From Bdellovibrionales bacterium (GTDB lineage: Bacteria; Bdellovibrionota; UBA1018; CAIMNF01), in NCBI GenBank assembly GCA_947502835.1, contig CANNBJ010000002.1, positions 397,850-461,849 of the forward strand: DNA of 64,000 nucleotides, read 5' to 3'. Under the pieces are notes generated by a model, which saw only the letters and a list, made by a program, of their open reading frames with translations, did no database searches and had not been told where the DNA came from. The position numbers were made by a program, and so were the translations under genes. Numbering within the stretch: position 1 is the stretch's first letter; each line of letters opens with the position of its first letter. Positions 1-9,148 of the stretch are shown one piece after another.

Positions 1-651
1 GAGGCGAACGCACCCGTGGCCGCCGCCCCTGCACAATCGCCCGCCCGTGCACCAGTGGAGACTGCTCAGCCTGTGCCGGTTCCGGTCAAGACTGATCCCA
101 CCACACTGAGTGAAGATGAGCTGAGGGCCGAGCTTGCGCGCGCCAACGGACGATTGGAGGAAATGCAGCACGAGCAGGAGATCAAGGAGAAGTCGACCGG
201 CGAGGATCTGAAGAAAGCCCAGGAGCGGATCGCAGCCCTTGAAAAGCAACTGAAGGAGCTCACTCCGGAAACGGTTGCCGTGCCCGAAGGCAAGACCCCG
301 CTTGAGGCTGGAAAGGATTCATACGGCGAGGGAAAATACGAGGAAGCGATCGTGTTCTTCTCCCGGTTCCTTTCCGGACAGGACTCGGGGAAGCAGGTGG
401 AGGAGGCGACCTTTCTCAGGGGAGAGTCTCATTTCAAAAAACTCCAGTACAACAAGGCCATTCTCGACTTCTCCAAATTCCCTGAAAAGTTCCAGAAATC
501 CCCGTTTCATCCGAAGGCATTGTTGAGAATCGCGGAAAGCTTCGAGGCAACGGGACGCAAGGATGATGCGAAGGTGTTCTACTCGGATCTCGTCGAGAAA
601 TTCCCCAAGACGGCCGAAGGAAAAATCGCGAAGAAAAAGCTGAAGAAGTAA
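1..651 (+). CDS. CpoB/YbgF-like periplasmic TPR protein (5'-partial; frame is open to base 1)
   Basis: N-terminal coiled-coil (LRAELARANGRLEEMQ...LEKQLKEL) followed by a YbgF-type TPR block (GKYEEAIVFFSRF...PKALLRIAESFEATG...AKVFYSDLVEKFP). The frame has no stop upstream of the GTG at position 16. Confidence 0.55.
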   Translation, partial: EANAPVAAAPAQSPARAPVETAQPVPVPVKTDPTTLSEDELRAELARANGRLEEMQHEQEIKEKSTGEDLKKAQERIAALEKQLKELTPETVAVPEGKTPLEAGKDSYGEGKYEEAIVFFSRFLSGQDSGKQVEEATFLRGESHFKKLQYNKAILDFSKFPEKFQKSPFHPKALLRIAESFEATGRKDDAKVFYSDLVEKFPKTAEGKIAKKKLKK

Positions 652-653
652 TC

Positions 654-1715
654 ATGAGTTTGATCCTTGGAATTGAAACCTCGTGCGATGAGTGCAGTGC
701 TTCGGTCTTGATCCACGAAGGAGCGGGATATGCGCCCATTTCCATCAGCACCTATTCGCAAATCGAACTCCATCAGCCGTACGGCGGAGTGGTGCCTGAG
801 GTGGCATCCAGAAACCATCTCGAACAGATCGATCCCGTGATCTGGGATGCGCTCGGGCGGGCGAAAGTTGAGGTCGCGGATCTCGATGCAATCGCGGTGA
901 CCAATCGTCCAGGCTTGATCGGCGCACTCCTTGTTGGAGTTACGGCCGCAAAGGCTCTTGCATATGCGAGCAAAAAGCCATTGGTTCCGGTCCATCACCT
1001 TGAGGGCCACTTGATGAGTGCCTTCCTCCGAAGTCCAAAAACAGGAGTGCCGAAGATTGAATTTCCTGCGGTGTTCCTTCTTGCCTCGGGCGGGCACACC
1101 AATCTTCATTGCATCGAGAATGCGCCCGAGCTGTGGGAAGCCACCGTGCTCCGGGATTCGCTCGCGGGCTGCTCCATGGATGATGCCGCGGGAGAGGCCT
1201 TTGACAAGTCGGCAAAAATTCTCGGATTTCCGTATCCGGGGGGGAAATGGATCGACGAGGAGTCATCCAAAGGCGGAAACCCCGCAGCCTTTGATCTTCC
1301 ACGGGGTCTCAAGCAGAAGGACTCGCTCTCGTTCTCCTTCAGCGGATTGAAAACCGCTGTCGCACTCCTGGCCCAACGACTCCTCAAGGAGGGGGTGCTT
1401 CAGGCTGCGTTGCCTGACGTTTGTGCAAGTGTGCAAGAGGCGATCGTGGACCCCTTGATCCGGAAAACCCTGACCCTTCAGAAAATGAAGAGCGCAAAGA
1501 CGATTGTCGTTGTGGGCGGGGTTGCTGCGAATTCGAGGTTGCGGGCTAGATTCTCGGCGGAATCACCGGTGCCCGTGGTCTATCCCGATCTTCAGTATTG
1601 TACCGACAATGCCGCGATGATTGCGGCTGCGGGCGCGGTTCGGTATGCCCAAGGCCATGGGCTGAAGGCGTCCGATTTTCTCAAGTTGAACGCCTTTGCG
1701 ATTGCGGAGCACTGA
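654..1715 (+). CDS. tsaD: tRNA N6-adenosine threonylcarbamoyltransferase
   Basis: MSLILGIETSCDE N-terminus with the Kae1/TsaD fold signatures (HxxGH..., VVGGVAANSRLR). Confidence 0.93.
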   Translation: MSLILGIETSCDECSASVLIHEGAGYAPISISTYSQIELHQPYGGVVPEVASRNHLEQIDPVIWDALGRAKVEVADLDAIAVTNRPGLIGALLVGVTAAKALAYASKKPLVPVHHLEGHLMSAFLRSPKTGVPKIEFPAVFLLASGGHTNLHCIENAPELWEATVLRDSLAGCSMDDAAGEAFDKSAKILGFPYPGGKWIDEESSKGGNPAAFDLPRGLKQKDSLSFSFSGLKTAVALLAQRLLKEGVLQAALPDVCASVQEAIVDPLIRKTLTLQKMKSAKTIVVVGGVAANSRLRARFSAESPVPVVYPDLQYCTDNAAMIAAAGAVRYAQGHGLKASDFLKLNAFAIAEH

Positions 1716-1719
1716 TTTG

Positions 1720-2547
1720 ATGCGAACGTTTGACAAGCAAAAGGCATTTGGCCAGCACTTTCTCAAGGATGAGCGAATCATCTCGACGATCGTGGACGCG
1801 GCATTTTGTTCCCTGGAGAGGAATCCCGGACATGCACTCCTGGAAATCGGGCCGGGAAAGGGCGCCATTACGAGACCCCTGCTTTCCAGGCTTCCTTTGG
1901 ATGTGTCCTTTCATCTCGCGGAGCGGGACCGGGAGTTGATCGAGTTCTGGTCGGGAGAATCCCGGGTCGGCGTTTTATTTAAAGGTGATTTTCTGGACCA
2001 AGGAGAGGAGGCTCTTCGGAGTCTCGGCAAACTGATCGTGGTCTCGAACCTTCCCTATTCGGCCGGAACCGCGATTGTGGTGAAGCTTGCCTCGATCCCC
2101 GATTGTGTCTCCGAAATGGTACTCATGTTCCAGGCGGAAGTGGCAAAGCGCCTCTACTCGGGTGCATCCACCCCTGACCGTGGAAGTTTGTCACTCTTCA
2201 TTCAGAATGAGTGGGATGTGGAACGGTTGTGCGTGGTTCCCCCCACAGCCTTCCAACCCCCGCCGAAGGTCATGTCGGAGGTGGTCACACTGAAAAGAAG
2301 GCCCGAGCCCCTGATTGCTCTCCCGACGGACGGCGAGAAGAAGGCCTGGAATGACCTGTTGAAGTTGGCATTTCGTCATCGCAGGAAGATGATCAAGGGG
2401 AATTTTTCCGGAACCGTGTGGCAGAAGGCGCTTGAGCGGAGCGGGGTGGATCCAACGAAGAGAGCCGAGGGTCTGGAGTGGGCGGAGTGGATCCGGCTTT
2501 GGGATTCCGGCAAGGAGGAAGCGTGCAGCCAATCGATCGAAAATTGA
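1720..2547 (+). CDS. rsmA: 16S rRNA (adenine1518/1519-N6)-dimethyltransferase
   Basis: Motifs GQHFL, LEIGPGKGAIT and VVSNLPY. The likely start is the ATG at 1720 (MRTFDKQKAFGQHFL). The track ORF begins at 1696 and overlaps the tsaD stop. Confidence 0.9.
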   Translation: MRTFDKQKAFGQHFLKDERIISTIVDAAFCSLERNPGHALLEIGPGKGAITRPLLSRLPLDVSFHLAERDRELIEFWSGESRVGVLFKGDFLDQGEEALRSLGKLIVVSNLPYSAGTAIVVKLASIPDCVSEMVLMFQAEVAKRLYSGASTPDRGSLSLFIQNEWDVERLCVVPPTAFQPPPKVMSEVVTLKRRPEPLIALPTDGEKKAWNDLLKLAFRHRRKMIKGNFSGTVWQKALERSGVDPTKRAEGLEWAEWIRLWDSGKEEACSQSIEN

Positions 2548-3167
2548 AATCATTTTTGAAAATCATCCGGGATCACTTTCTCTCGGGGCTTCTGGTGCTT
2601 GCCCCGATCTTCATCGTGGCCTTCGTGTTTCAATGGATCCTCGGTGGAATCATGAATTGGATGGAAGAGGGGCCCTTCCGCATTTTCTTCCACGATCCAG
2701 CAAGCGAGATCGCGGGAGCGTTCCGTTTCGTTCTGATGCTGGGGATCCTCTTGACCGGAGTCCTCCTGATCTCGGGTGTCGGGTTGTTTTCGAGGCTCTA
2801 TTTCGGCCGGAGGCTTTTTCAATGGCTGAAAGAGGGGATTGAGAAGATCCCGTTTTTCGGTGCGATTTACTCTTCCCTCAACCAGCTTTTTGCTGCGGTT
2901 TCTCCGGAAGGTGGCAAGCAGTTCAATCGGGTCGTGTACGTGGAATACCCCCGCAAGGATGTTTGGGCCGTGGCATTTGTGACGGGTCAGGCCACCCTGA
3001 AAGGGATTCCGCCCGGATCGTTGAGCGTGTTCATTCCCACGGTCCCGAACCCGACCTCCGGATTCCACTTGATGGTGAAAGAGTCTGAAGTTATCGACAG
3101 TGGCCTCAGGGTCGAGGACGCATTCAAGCTGATTCTCAGTCTTGGAGTGGCGGTTCCCCATGAGTGA
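2544..3167 (+). CDS. DUF502 family membrane protein
   Basis: KSFLKIIRDHFLSGLLVLAPIFIVAFV... transmembrane N-terminus typical of DUF502. The likely TTG start at 2544 overlaps the rsmA stop (TTGA). The track ORF begins at a GTG at 2478. Confidence 0.65.
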   Translation: MKSFLKIIRDHFLSGLLVLAPIFIVAFVFQWILGGIMNWMEEGPFRIFFHDPASEIAGAFRFVLMLGILLTGVLLISGVGLFSRLYFGRRLFQWLKEGIEKIPFFGAIYSSLNQLFAAVSPEGGKQFNRVVYVEYPRKDVWAVAFVTGQATLKGIPPGSLSVFIPTVPNPTSGFHLMVKESEVIDSGLRVEDAFKLILSLGVAVPHE

Positions 3168-3660
3168 GTCTTCGGGCGAAAAAATCATCGCGACGAATCC
3201 AAACGCACGATCCGATTTCTTCCTCGAGGAATTTGTCGAGGCCGGGATCGTTCTTGCGGGTACCGAGGTGAAGAGCATCCGGAGCCAAAGCCCGAACCTG
3301 AAGGACTCACATGTTGAGATCAGCAGCAAAAAGCGCGGCGAGAGGGTTGCGCCGAAACTCGAGGCGTGGTTGCTGAATTTCCATATTGCGCCGTATTCCC
3401 ACGGAAACATCTGGAATCATGAAGCAAAACGCCCAAGAAAGCTTCTTCTGCATGCGCACCAAATCAAGAAAATGTTCGGGGCTCTCACCCAAGAAGGAAA
3501 GACGCTCATCCCCACGCGAATCTACTTCAAGAACGGCAGGGTGAAGGTCGAGGTTGCGATCGCAAAGGGCAAGAAAAAAGGCGACAAACGCGAGGACGTG
3601 AAGAAGCGGAGTCAAAATCGTGAAATGCAACAGGCGATGAAACAACGCCAGCGGAGGTAA
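3160..3660 (+). CDS. smpB: SsrA-binding protein
   Basis: GEKIIATNPNARSDFFLEEFVEAGIVLAGTEVKSIR...IAPY... is the SmpB signature. The ATG at 3160 overlaps the DUF502 stop. Confidence 0.9.
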   Translation: MSESSGEKIIATNPNARSDFFLEEFVEAGIVLAGTEVKSIRSQSPNLKDSHVEISSKKRGERVAPKLEAWLLNFHIAPYSHGNIWNHEAKRPRKLLLHAHQIKKMFGALTQEGKTLIPTRIYFKNGRVKVEVAIAKGKKKGDKREDVKKRSQNREMQQAMKQRQRR

Positions 3661-3663
3661 GGG

Positions 3664-4668
3664 TTGATGGAACCGATGGAACTCATTCGAAGGATTCCGA
3701 AGGCAGAGCTGCATTTGCACATCGAGGGTTCGCTTGAGCCCGAGTTGATGTTTGAGATTGCACGGAGAAACGGGGTGGAAATCCGGTTCAAGAGTGTGGA
3801 GGAGGTGCGGAAGGCCTACTCTTTCCACAATCTTCAATCGTTTCTCGACATCTATTACGAGGGAGCGAAGGTTCTTCTTCATGAGCAGGACTTCCATGAT
3901 CTCACCCGGGCATACCTCGAACGGTGCCGGGAGGATCATGTGGTCCACACCGAGATTTTTTTTGATCCCCAGACTCATACGCATCGGGGAGTTCCCTTTG
4001 AGACCGTTTTCAAAGGCATCCAGCGCGCACTTGTCGAGGCGCGATCCGAGTGGGGCATCAGCTCGAAACTGATCCTTTGTTTCCTTCGGCATTTGTCCGA
4101 GGAGGACGCGTTTGAGACCCTTCGCCAGGCGATTCCCTTCAAAAAGGACATCATTGCCGTGGGACTCGATTCTTCCGAGGTGGGACATCCACCTTCCAAA
4201 TTCAAGAGAGTCTTCGACGCCGCACGGGCCGAGGGGTTCCTGACCGTTGCCCATGCGGGCGAGGAGGGCCCTCCTGCGTATGTTCGGGAGGCGCTCGATT
4301 TGCTCGGGGTCAGAAGAATCGATCATGGAGTTCGCTCGATCGAGGATCCGGCCCTGTTTGCAGAAGTGGTTCGAAAGCGGATTCCCCTGACCGTGTGTCC
4401 TCTCTCCAACATAAAGCTTCGGGTCTTTCCCCGTTTGGAGGATCACAATTTGAAAATCCTCCTGCAGAAGGGGGCCTGTGTGACCTTGAATTCGGATGAT
4501 CCTGCCTATTTCGGTGGCTATCTGAACCAGAACTTCAGGGAAACCGTCAGAGCCCTCTGCTTGACCTCAGATGAGGTCCGAACTCTCTGTGAGAACTCGT
4601 TTGAAGGCTCCTTTTTGTCAGAATCTGAAAAGGAAGAGTGGATCCGGAAGATCCGGGAGTTGAAATGA
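3664..4668 (+). CDS. add: adenosine/adenine deaminase family protein
   Basis: LHLHIEGSL, ...HAGE... and SDDPAYFG motifs of the metal-dependent adenosine deaminase fold. Confidence 0.85.
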   Translation: MMEPMELIRRIPKAELHLHIEGSLEPELMFEIARRNGVEIRFKSVEEVRKAYSFHNLQSFLDIYYEGAKVLLHEQDFHDLTRAYLERCREDHVVHTEIFFDPQTHTHRGVPFETVFKGIQRALVEARSEWGISSKLILCFLRHLSEEDAFETLRQAIPFKKDIIAVGLDSSEVGHPPSKFKRVFDAARAEGFLTVAHAGEEGPPAYVREALDLLGVRRIDHGVRSIEDPALFAEVVRKRIPLTVCPLSNIKLRVFPRLEDHNLKILLQKGACVTLNSDDPAYFGGYLNQNFRETVRALCLTSDEVRTLCENSFEGSFLSESEKEEWIRKIRELK

Positions 4669-5414
4669 CAAGCCTGAAGAGTTTGATCCCGTGGGTCTTT
4701 TTGTTCGGTCACCCCGGATTGAGTGCCGCGCAGTCGGACCACGGCTCCTCCCGCGTGGGGAAGTGTGAGGCCGGAATCCGTTCCTATCTGGCGTTCGAGA
4801 AGAAGGGCCGGACTGTGGTTGAGGCTGCCGCCCCGCTCGGTGCCGGTGCTTGTCGGGACGCGGTCGGTGATGTGGAACAGACAACGGTCGTGCTCGCCTC
4901 CGAATGCGGAACTTTCCCCTTCGAGAAATTCGAGAGTCCCCTGAAGTCCGGGCTGCAAAAGGTAAGAGGGGTGATGCCTTCCGATACGGTGTTGGATGTA
5001 ATCTCGAAGGCCAGATTCCAGCACATCAAGGCACTCAAGAGTTTTTGTGGAATGGAGCCTCCTCCGGTCGGGGTGACTCAGGACGCGGCCGACTGTTCCT
5101 GGTTCATCGATGTTCAGCTGAAATACTTTAAAAAGCTCGGATCCATTCTGGCTGGTCTTGCTGTGAATTCCGCGAAGTCCTGCATTCAAAGGTATGAAAT
5201 CATCAAGAATTCAAGGCTTCAGGTTCCGGAAGCGTGCCGGCGCTATACGATGGAGACTTTTCCCGGCGAGGATGTGAAGGTCAGGATGGTGGAGCTCTGG
5301 TCGGATTCAGGTCGGACCCCGAATCCGGGCGAGAATATGGCCGATGCGTTTGTCAAACTCAGGGCCAATGGCCTCCCCGGCTTGCGCAAGCTGTGCGACT
5401 CGGGTGCGCGGTAA
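4665..5414 (+). CDS. secreted Cys-containing hypothetical protein
   Basis: The ATG at 4665 overlaps the add stop (ATGA). Signal-peptide-like N-terminus [24 protein letters not shown], with 9 Cys. No recognisable family. Confidence 0.4.
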   Translation: MTSLKSLIPWVFLFGHPGLSAAQSDHGSSRVGKCEAGIRSYLAFEKKGRTVVEAAAPLGAGACRDAVGDVEQTTVVLASECGTFPFEKFESPLKSGLQKVRGVMPSDTVLDVISKARFQHIKALKSFCGMEPPPVGVTQDAADCSWFIDVQLKYFKKLGSILAGLAVNSAKSCIQRYEIIKNSRLQVPEACRRYTMETFPGEDVKVRMVELWSDSGRTPNPGENMADAFVKLRANGLPGLRKLCDSGAR

Positions 5415-5466
5415 GGCGGATTTGAAACTGGACTTTGCCCTGCCGACCTTGTAGAACAAAGGGCCT

Positions 5467-5688
5467 ATGGCACGCGTTACGATTGAAGATTGTTTGACCA
5501 ATGTCGAAAACATGTACGAGCTGATTCATCTTGCAACCCGCAGATCGCGTCAGCTCTTCAAGGGCGCGGATGTGTTGGTAAAGTCGAAGAACAGGACCGT
5601 AGTGAATTCCCTTCGCGAAATCGCGGCAGGGAAAGTGGTTCCCTTGTACAAGGGCGAGGATGAAGGTCCTCTTCCGGGCGAACTCTGA
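5467..5688 (+). CDS. rpoZ: DNA-directed RNA polymerase subunit omega
   Basis: MARVTIEDCLTNVENMYELIHLATRRSRQL is the RpoZ consensus. Confidence 0.85.
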   Translation: MARVTIEDCLTNVENMYELIHLATRRSRQLFKGADVLVKSKNRTVVNSLREIAAGKVVPLYKGEDEGPLPGEL

Positions 5689-5733
5689 GATATTTCTTTC
5701 TTACCCTTCGGGGATTGAACATTCCCTATTGCG

Positions 5734-6981
5734 ATGATGCGCTTTCTCTTTTGCTTTCTTTTGTTGTCCGTTTCAGGGTCGGCACAAGCGTTCTTCCAAT
5801 ATGCCCCCAATCGAGCTGTGCGCGAGGAAGTGGAGCAGCATGAATTCCGGATTCTTCCGCGCTCCGATACGTTCGTCATGGCCTTGGATGGTGATTTCTT
5901 CAAGCCGGTGTTTGTGGGCAGCGGTGAGGGCGACTATTACCGGGAAGACTTCTATCATGGGAACGGGTACTGGCTCGATCTCAGGGGCGAGTTTCAACCC
6001 ACCAAGCATCTTGTTCTGAATCTCAGAACCACTCTCACCCAAGGGACCACCAGTAACGGGCCCACCTTCAATGCGCTCGTCATTCCGAGGCTTGGGCTCA
6101 CGTACCGTCAGAGCGGCTTTTTGGGTTTGGAGTGGGAAACCCGGCTCGGAGATGTGGATCGACAGACCTTGGGATCGGGGATCTTCATCGAACAAAAGGA
6201 AACCGCGGGGGGAACCATCGCCGCCCGGGGCGGGGATTTTCATGCGCGACTCCTTGTGGATGGAACAGGGAGTTTCACCCTGGATGGGGGAGTTGCGGCG
6301 CTTGAGGTGATTTATGGAGAGGGAGTCCTCGGAGCCACAGTGATGATGCTTGAGCGGGATGTGGGATATCGCCCCCCGCAGTTCACAGCTACCTTGTTTT
6401 CAAAAGGGAGTTTCACCGAAGGGTTCGGCTATCGGGCCGAGGCTGGAGGGAACGAGTTGAATTATGCCGCACTCGCGGGATTGGACTATGAGGTTGACCT
6501 TGATCGCTTCAAGTTCCGGATTGGACCACAATACCGCCACTACGGACGCAAGCTCTTCGGGGATCTTGCCGGAGCGATCAACCAGACTTATGTCGGCTAT
6601 GATCAAAACGACAAGCCCTTTACGAATTTCCTGAATATCTCGGCCTATGGGGACAATGTTGATGCTTTCTCAAGCCAGCTCGGGGGAGAGTACCGATTCA
6701 ATCGTTTCTACAGCGTGTATGCCCGCTCCGAGTGGTTTGCATTCCGGTTTCATGACCGCCCCGATGTGAGCGGGATCTTTTACCGTGCCGGATTCCGATT
6801 CTTCCCGTTTCCGGGAAGAGAGGATGAATTCGGTTTACTCATCGGAAACCAATACCTGATTGCGTCCACCCTCGGCGATTCCGGGAGAGTGGTGGCTGCG
6901 CCCAACCAGTTTGACCTTGAGAACAAGCCGCTTTTCATGCAGCAGACTTTCTGGATGGTTCACTTCTCCATCAAAATGTAG
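5734..6981 (+). CDS. putative outer-membrane beta-barrel protein
   Basis: Signal peptide MMRFLFCFLLLSVSGSAQA. The sequence is rich in alternating aromatic/hydrophilic dyads (YRF, FRF, YEVDL) typical of beta-barrel outer-membrane proteins. Confidence 0.5.
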   Translation: MMRFLFCFLLLSVSGSAQAFFQYAPNRAVREEVEQHEFRILPRSDTFVMALDGDFFKPVFVGSGEGDYYREDFYHGNGYWLDLRGEFQPTKHLVLNLRTTLTQGTTSNGPTFNALVIPRLGLTYRQSGFLGLEWETRLGDVDRQTLGSGIFIEQKETAGGTIAARGGDFHARLLVDGTGSFTLDGGVAALEVIYGEGVLGATVMMLERDVGYRPPQFTATLFSKGSFTEGFGYRAEAGGNELNYAALAGLDYEVDLDRFKFRIGPQYRHYGRKLFGDLAGAINQTYVGYDQNDKPFTNFLNISAYGDNVDAFSSQLGGEYRFNRFYSVYARSEWFAFRFHDRPDVSGIFYRAGFRFFPFPGREDEFGLLIGNQYLIASTLGDSGRVVAAPNQFDLENKPLFMQQTFWMVHFSIKM

Positions 6982-6983
6982 AT

Positions 6984-8234
6984 CTAAAGACAGTATCGTC
7001 GGGTTGTGGGATCGCCGCAAAATCGTTTCAATCCACGAACGATCCGGCCCATCTCGGCGTTTTCCTCGGGGCTGATCCTCACTTGACCCAGCAGGGACGA
7101 GCGTGCCGTTGCCTCGGGGGTTTCTTTCACTTCATGCCACAACGGATAGTGGAGCTCGCGCTTCCCGGTGGATGCGTTGAATCGGATCTCGAGAAACTTC
7201 GGCGAACGGACAAGGTCGCTGAAATAGAAGTTGATGTCCCACAATTCGATTCGTCCCGTACCATCCGGATTCAAACGAACTCCGTTGGCAATCACGGAGT
7301 GCACATCAAGGGATCCGCCGAATTGTTTTCTGGAATCAGCCGCAGTGAAGAGGATTTTCGGGAGCTCCCCCCTCTGCAGGCGGGCGCGAAGAGACCGGAT
7401 CAGGCGATCGATTCCCGCCTCATCGAGTTCATCGGTGGAGGAGAAGAATGTTCCGATGCTTCCCGTGGAAATCGCTCGCAAGGCCCAGGCCTCGGTGGTT
7501 TTGAGTTTCAGGTAAAATTCGATCTCCGGTACCGCCGAGAACTCGGAAAAACTCGTGAATCCAGGGATAATCCTCGGTCTCCCGCTCAGGATGTCATTGA
7601 TGATCGACTCGTAATGGCGGAACCATTTTTCATTCTTCTCTCTTCCGTTCGCAAGGTAGCCAACGGGTGGTGTTGCATTCGGTTCAAAGAAGGCAAGGTA
7701 GGCGAAATACTGGTTCACCGTCGAGAATCCCCAGCAGAATCCGTACTCGCGATCCGAGATCCCCGCAAACTCGTAGTCACTGTTGACGAGAGCGGGGCCG
7801 TGCTTGCGGTCGAAGTTTCCGTAAAGATACCGCATCTGGCGCGTCTTCAGGAAAGGGACGAGAAGATCATGGTAGGAAAAATGATCACGGTAAAACGTTT
7901 CATCTTCCCGCATCTGCCGATTCCCTTTCCAAAACCCCGTGGGCGACATTGGATTCAGTTTTGAGAGCGCCGATCCGGCACCGATGGATGATTGGGTCCG
8001 GAATTTCTTGAGCTCAAGATGGAATCCAGTCCGGGGACTTGGATCTTCGGTGGGGCTTGATCGCTCGTCATCGAGTTCGTGGGTTTTGTGACTCAGCTGG
8101 GGTTGCCTTTCCACGTCCCCTTCCACCAGTACAACCTCGTAGCCCCCCATGGAGAAAAACGGCCGGGTGGTTTCGGCGAGGGAGTCCGGACCGGGGATGC
8201 TCAGGAACAGAAGGGGGAGAACCGCGATTTTCAT
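6984..8234 (-). CDS. secreted hypothetical protein with a papain-like CWGFS motif
   Basis: Signal peptide MKIAVLPLLFLSIPG. The internal GFCWGFS resembles the C1 peptidase catalytic Cys context (CGSCWAFS), and a downstream His (DVHSVIANG) follows. It is longer and more protein-like than the antisense ORF 7083..7964. Confidence 0.45.
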   Translation of the reverse strand: MKIAVLPLLFLSIPGPDSLAETTRPFFSMGGYEVVLVEGDVERQPQLSHKTHELDDERSSPTEDPSPRTGFHLELKKFRTQSSIGAGSALSKLNPMSPTGFWKGNRQMREDETFYRDHFSYHDLLVPFLKTRQMRYLYGNFDRKHGPALVNSDYEFAGISDREYGFCWGFSTVNQYFAYLAFFEPNATPPVGYLANGREKNEKWFRHYESIINDILSGRPRIIPGFTSFSEFSAVPEIEFYLKLKTTEAWALRAISTGSIGTFFSSTDELDEAGIDRLIRSLRARLQRGELPKILFTAADSRKQFGGSLDVHSVIANGVRLNPDGTGRIELWDINFYFSDLVRSPKFLEIRFNASTGKRELHYPLWHEVKETPEATARSSLLGQVRISPEENAEMGRIVRGLKRFCGDPTTRRYCL

Positions 8235-8304
8235 GGCGCCGTTATATCTTTTTTGTTTAAAAATACAACCCTGGCGCTCCGAAATTTAAACCTCGTGAAT
8301 TTAA

Positions 8305-9114
8305 CTACTTGCGCATGAGTTTCGACCGGCGGGTGGCGGCGAGCACGGCTTTGATCAGTGTCACCCTCAGTTTTCCCTCCTCCAGGGCCATGAGACCATC
8401 GATCGTGCAGCCGGCAGGGGTCGTCACTTCATCCTTCAGTGCGGCCGGGTGCTCCGCGCGGTCAAGCACCATCTTTGCAGCACCCATCATGGTTTGGGCT
8501 GCAAGTGCTGTGGCCTGTTTCCTCGAGATGCCCACCTTCACTCCGGCTTCACTGAGGGCCTCGATCATCAAATACACATAGGCAGGGCCGCACCCGCTCA
8601 GTCCTGTGACCCCGTCAAAGAGGCTTTCCTCCAAGACGGTCACCCGACCCAGTTCTCCGAAAATCCTTTCTGCAGATTTCAGATGGGAATCCTCGCTCCT
8701 GGGTCCCTGACAGATCGCGGTCACTCCACTCTTGATCAGGCACGGCGTATTCGGCATGGCTCGAAGGATCGCGGTTTTCCCGCCGCTCCACTCTGAGATT
8801 TGATCCGTGGTCACGGCGGCACAGATTGAAATGATCAGCTGGCCCGCGTGAAACAGTTTCTGGTTCGACTCGAGAATCTTTTGAACCTGGTGGGGTTTCA
8901 CCGCAAGCAGAATGATGTCACCCGAGCGGATTGCGTCTTCATTTGAAGTGGAAACCTCGATTCCGAGATCTTTTCCCGCATCCCTTGCAGACTCGGCGGT
9001 GCGGGTGGTGCCAAGGATGCGGTATCCCGAGCGAAGGGGGCTGTCCATGAGACCACGTGCGATCGCTTCACCCATTTTTCCCATTCCAATGATCGAGAGA
9101 GTTTGCTTGCCCAT
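8305..9114 (-). CDS. proC: pyrroline-5-carboxylate reductase
   Basis: MGKQTLSIIGMGKMGEAIARGL Rossmann N-terminus plus the P5CR C-terminal dimerisation domain. An RBS (GGAGGGA) precedes the ATG at 9114. Confidence 0.85.
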   Translation of the reverse strand: MGKQTLSIIGMGKMGEAIARGLMDSPLRSGYRILGTTRTAESARDAGKDLGIEVSTSNEDAIRSGDIILLAVKPHQVQKILESNQKLFHAGQLIISICAAVTTDQISEWSGGKTAILRAMPNTPCLIKSGVTAICQGPRSEDSHLKSAERIFGELGRVTVLEESLFDGVTGLSGCGPAYVYLMIEALSEAGVKVGISRKQATALAAQTMMGAAKMVLDRAEHPAALKDEVTTPAGCTIDGLMALEEGKLRVTLIKAVLAATRRSKLMRK

Positions 9115-9148
9115 ATCCCTCCATTTTGCAGGAACGGCCATGCAATTT

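Noticed and set aside
7083-7964. 293-aa plus-strand ORF opposite the 6984..8234 gene.
   Set aside because: The minus-strand frame is longer, has a signal peptide and reads like a folded protein. The plus frame is low-complexity.
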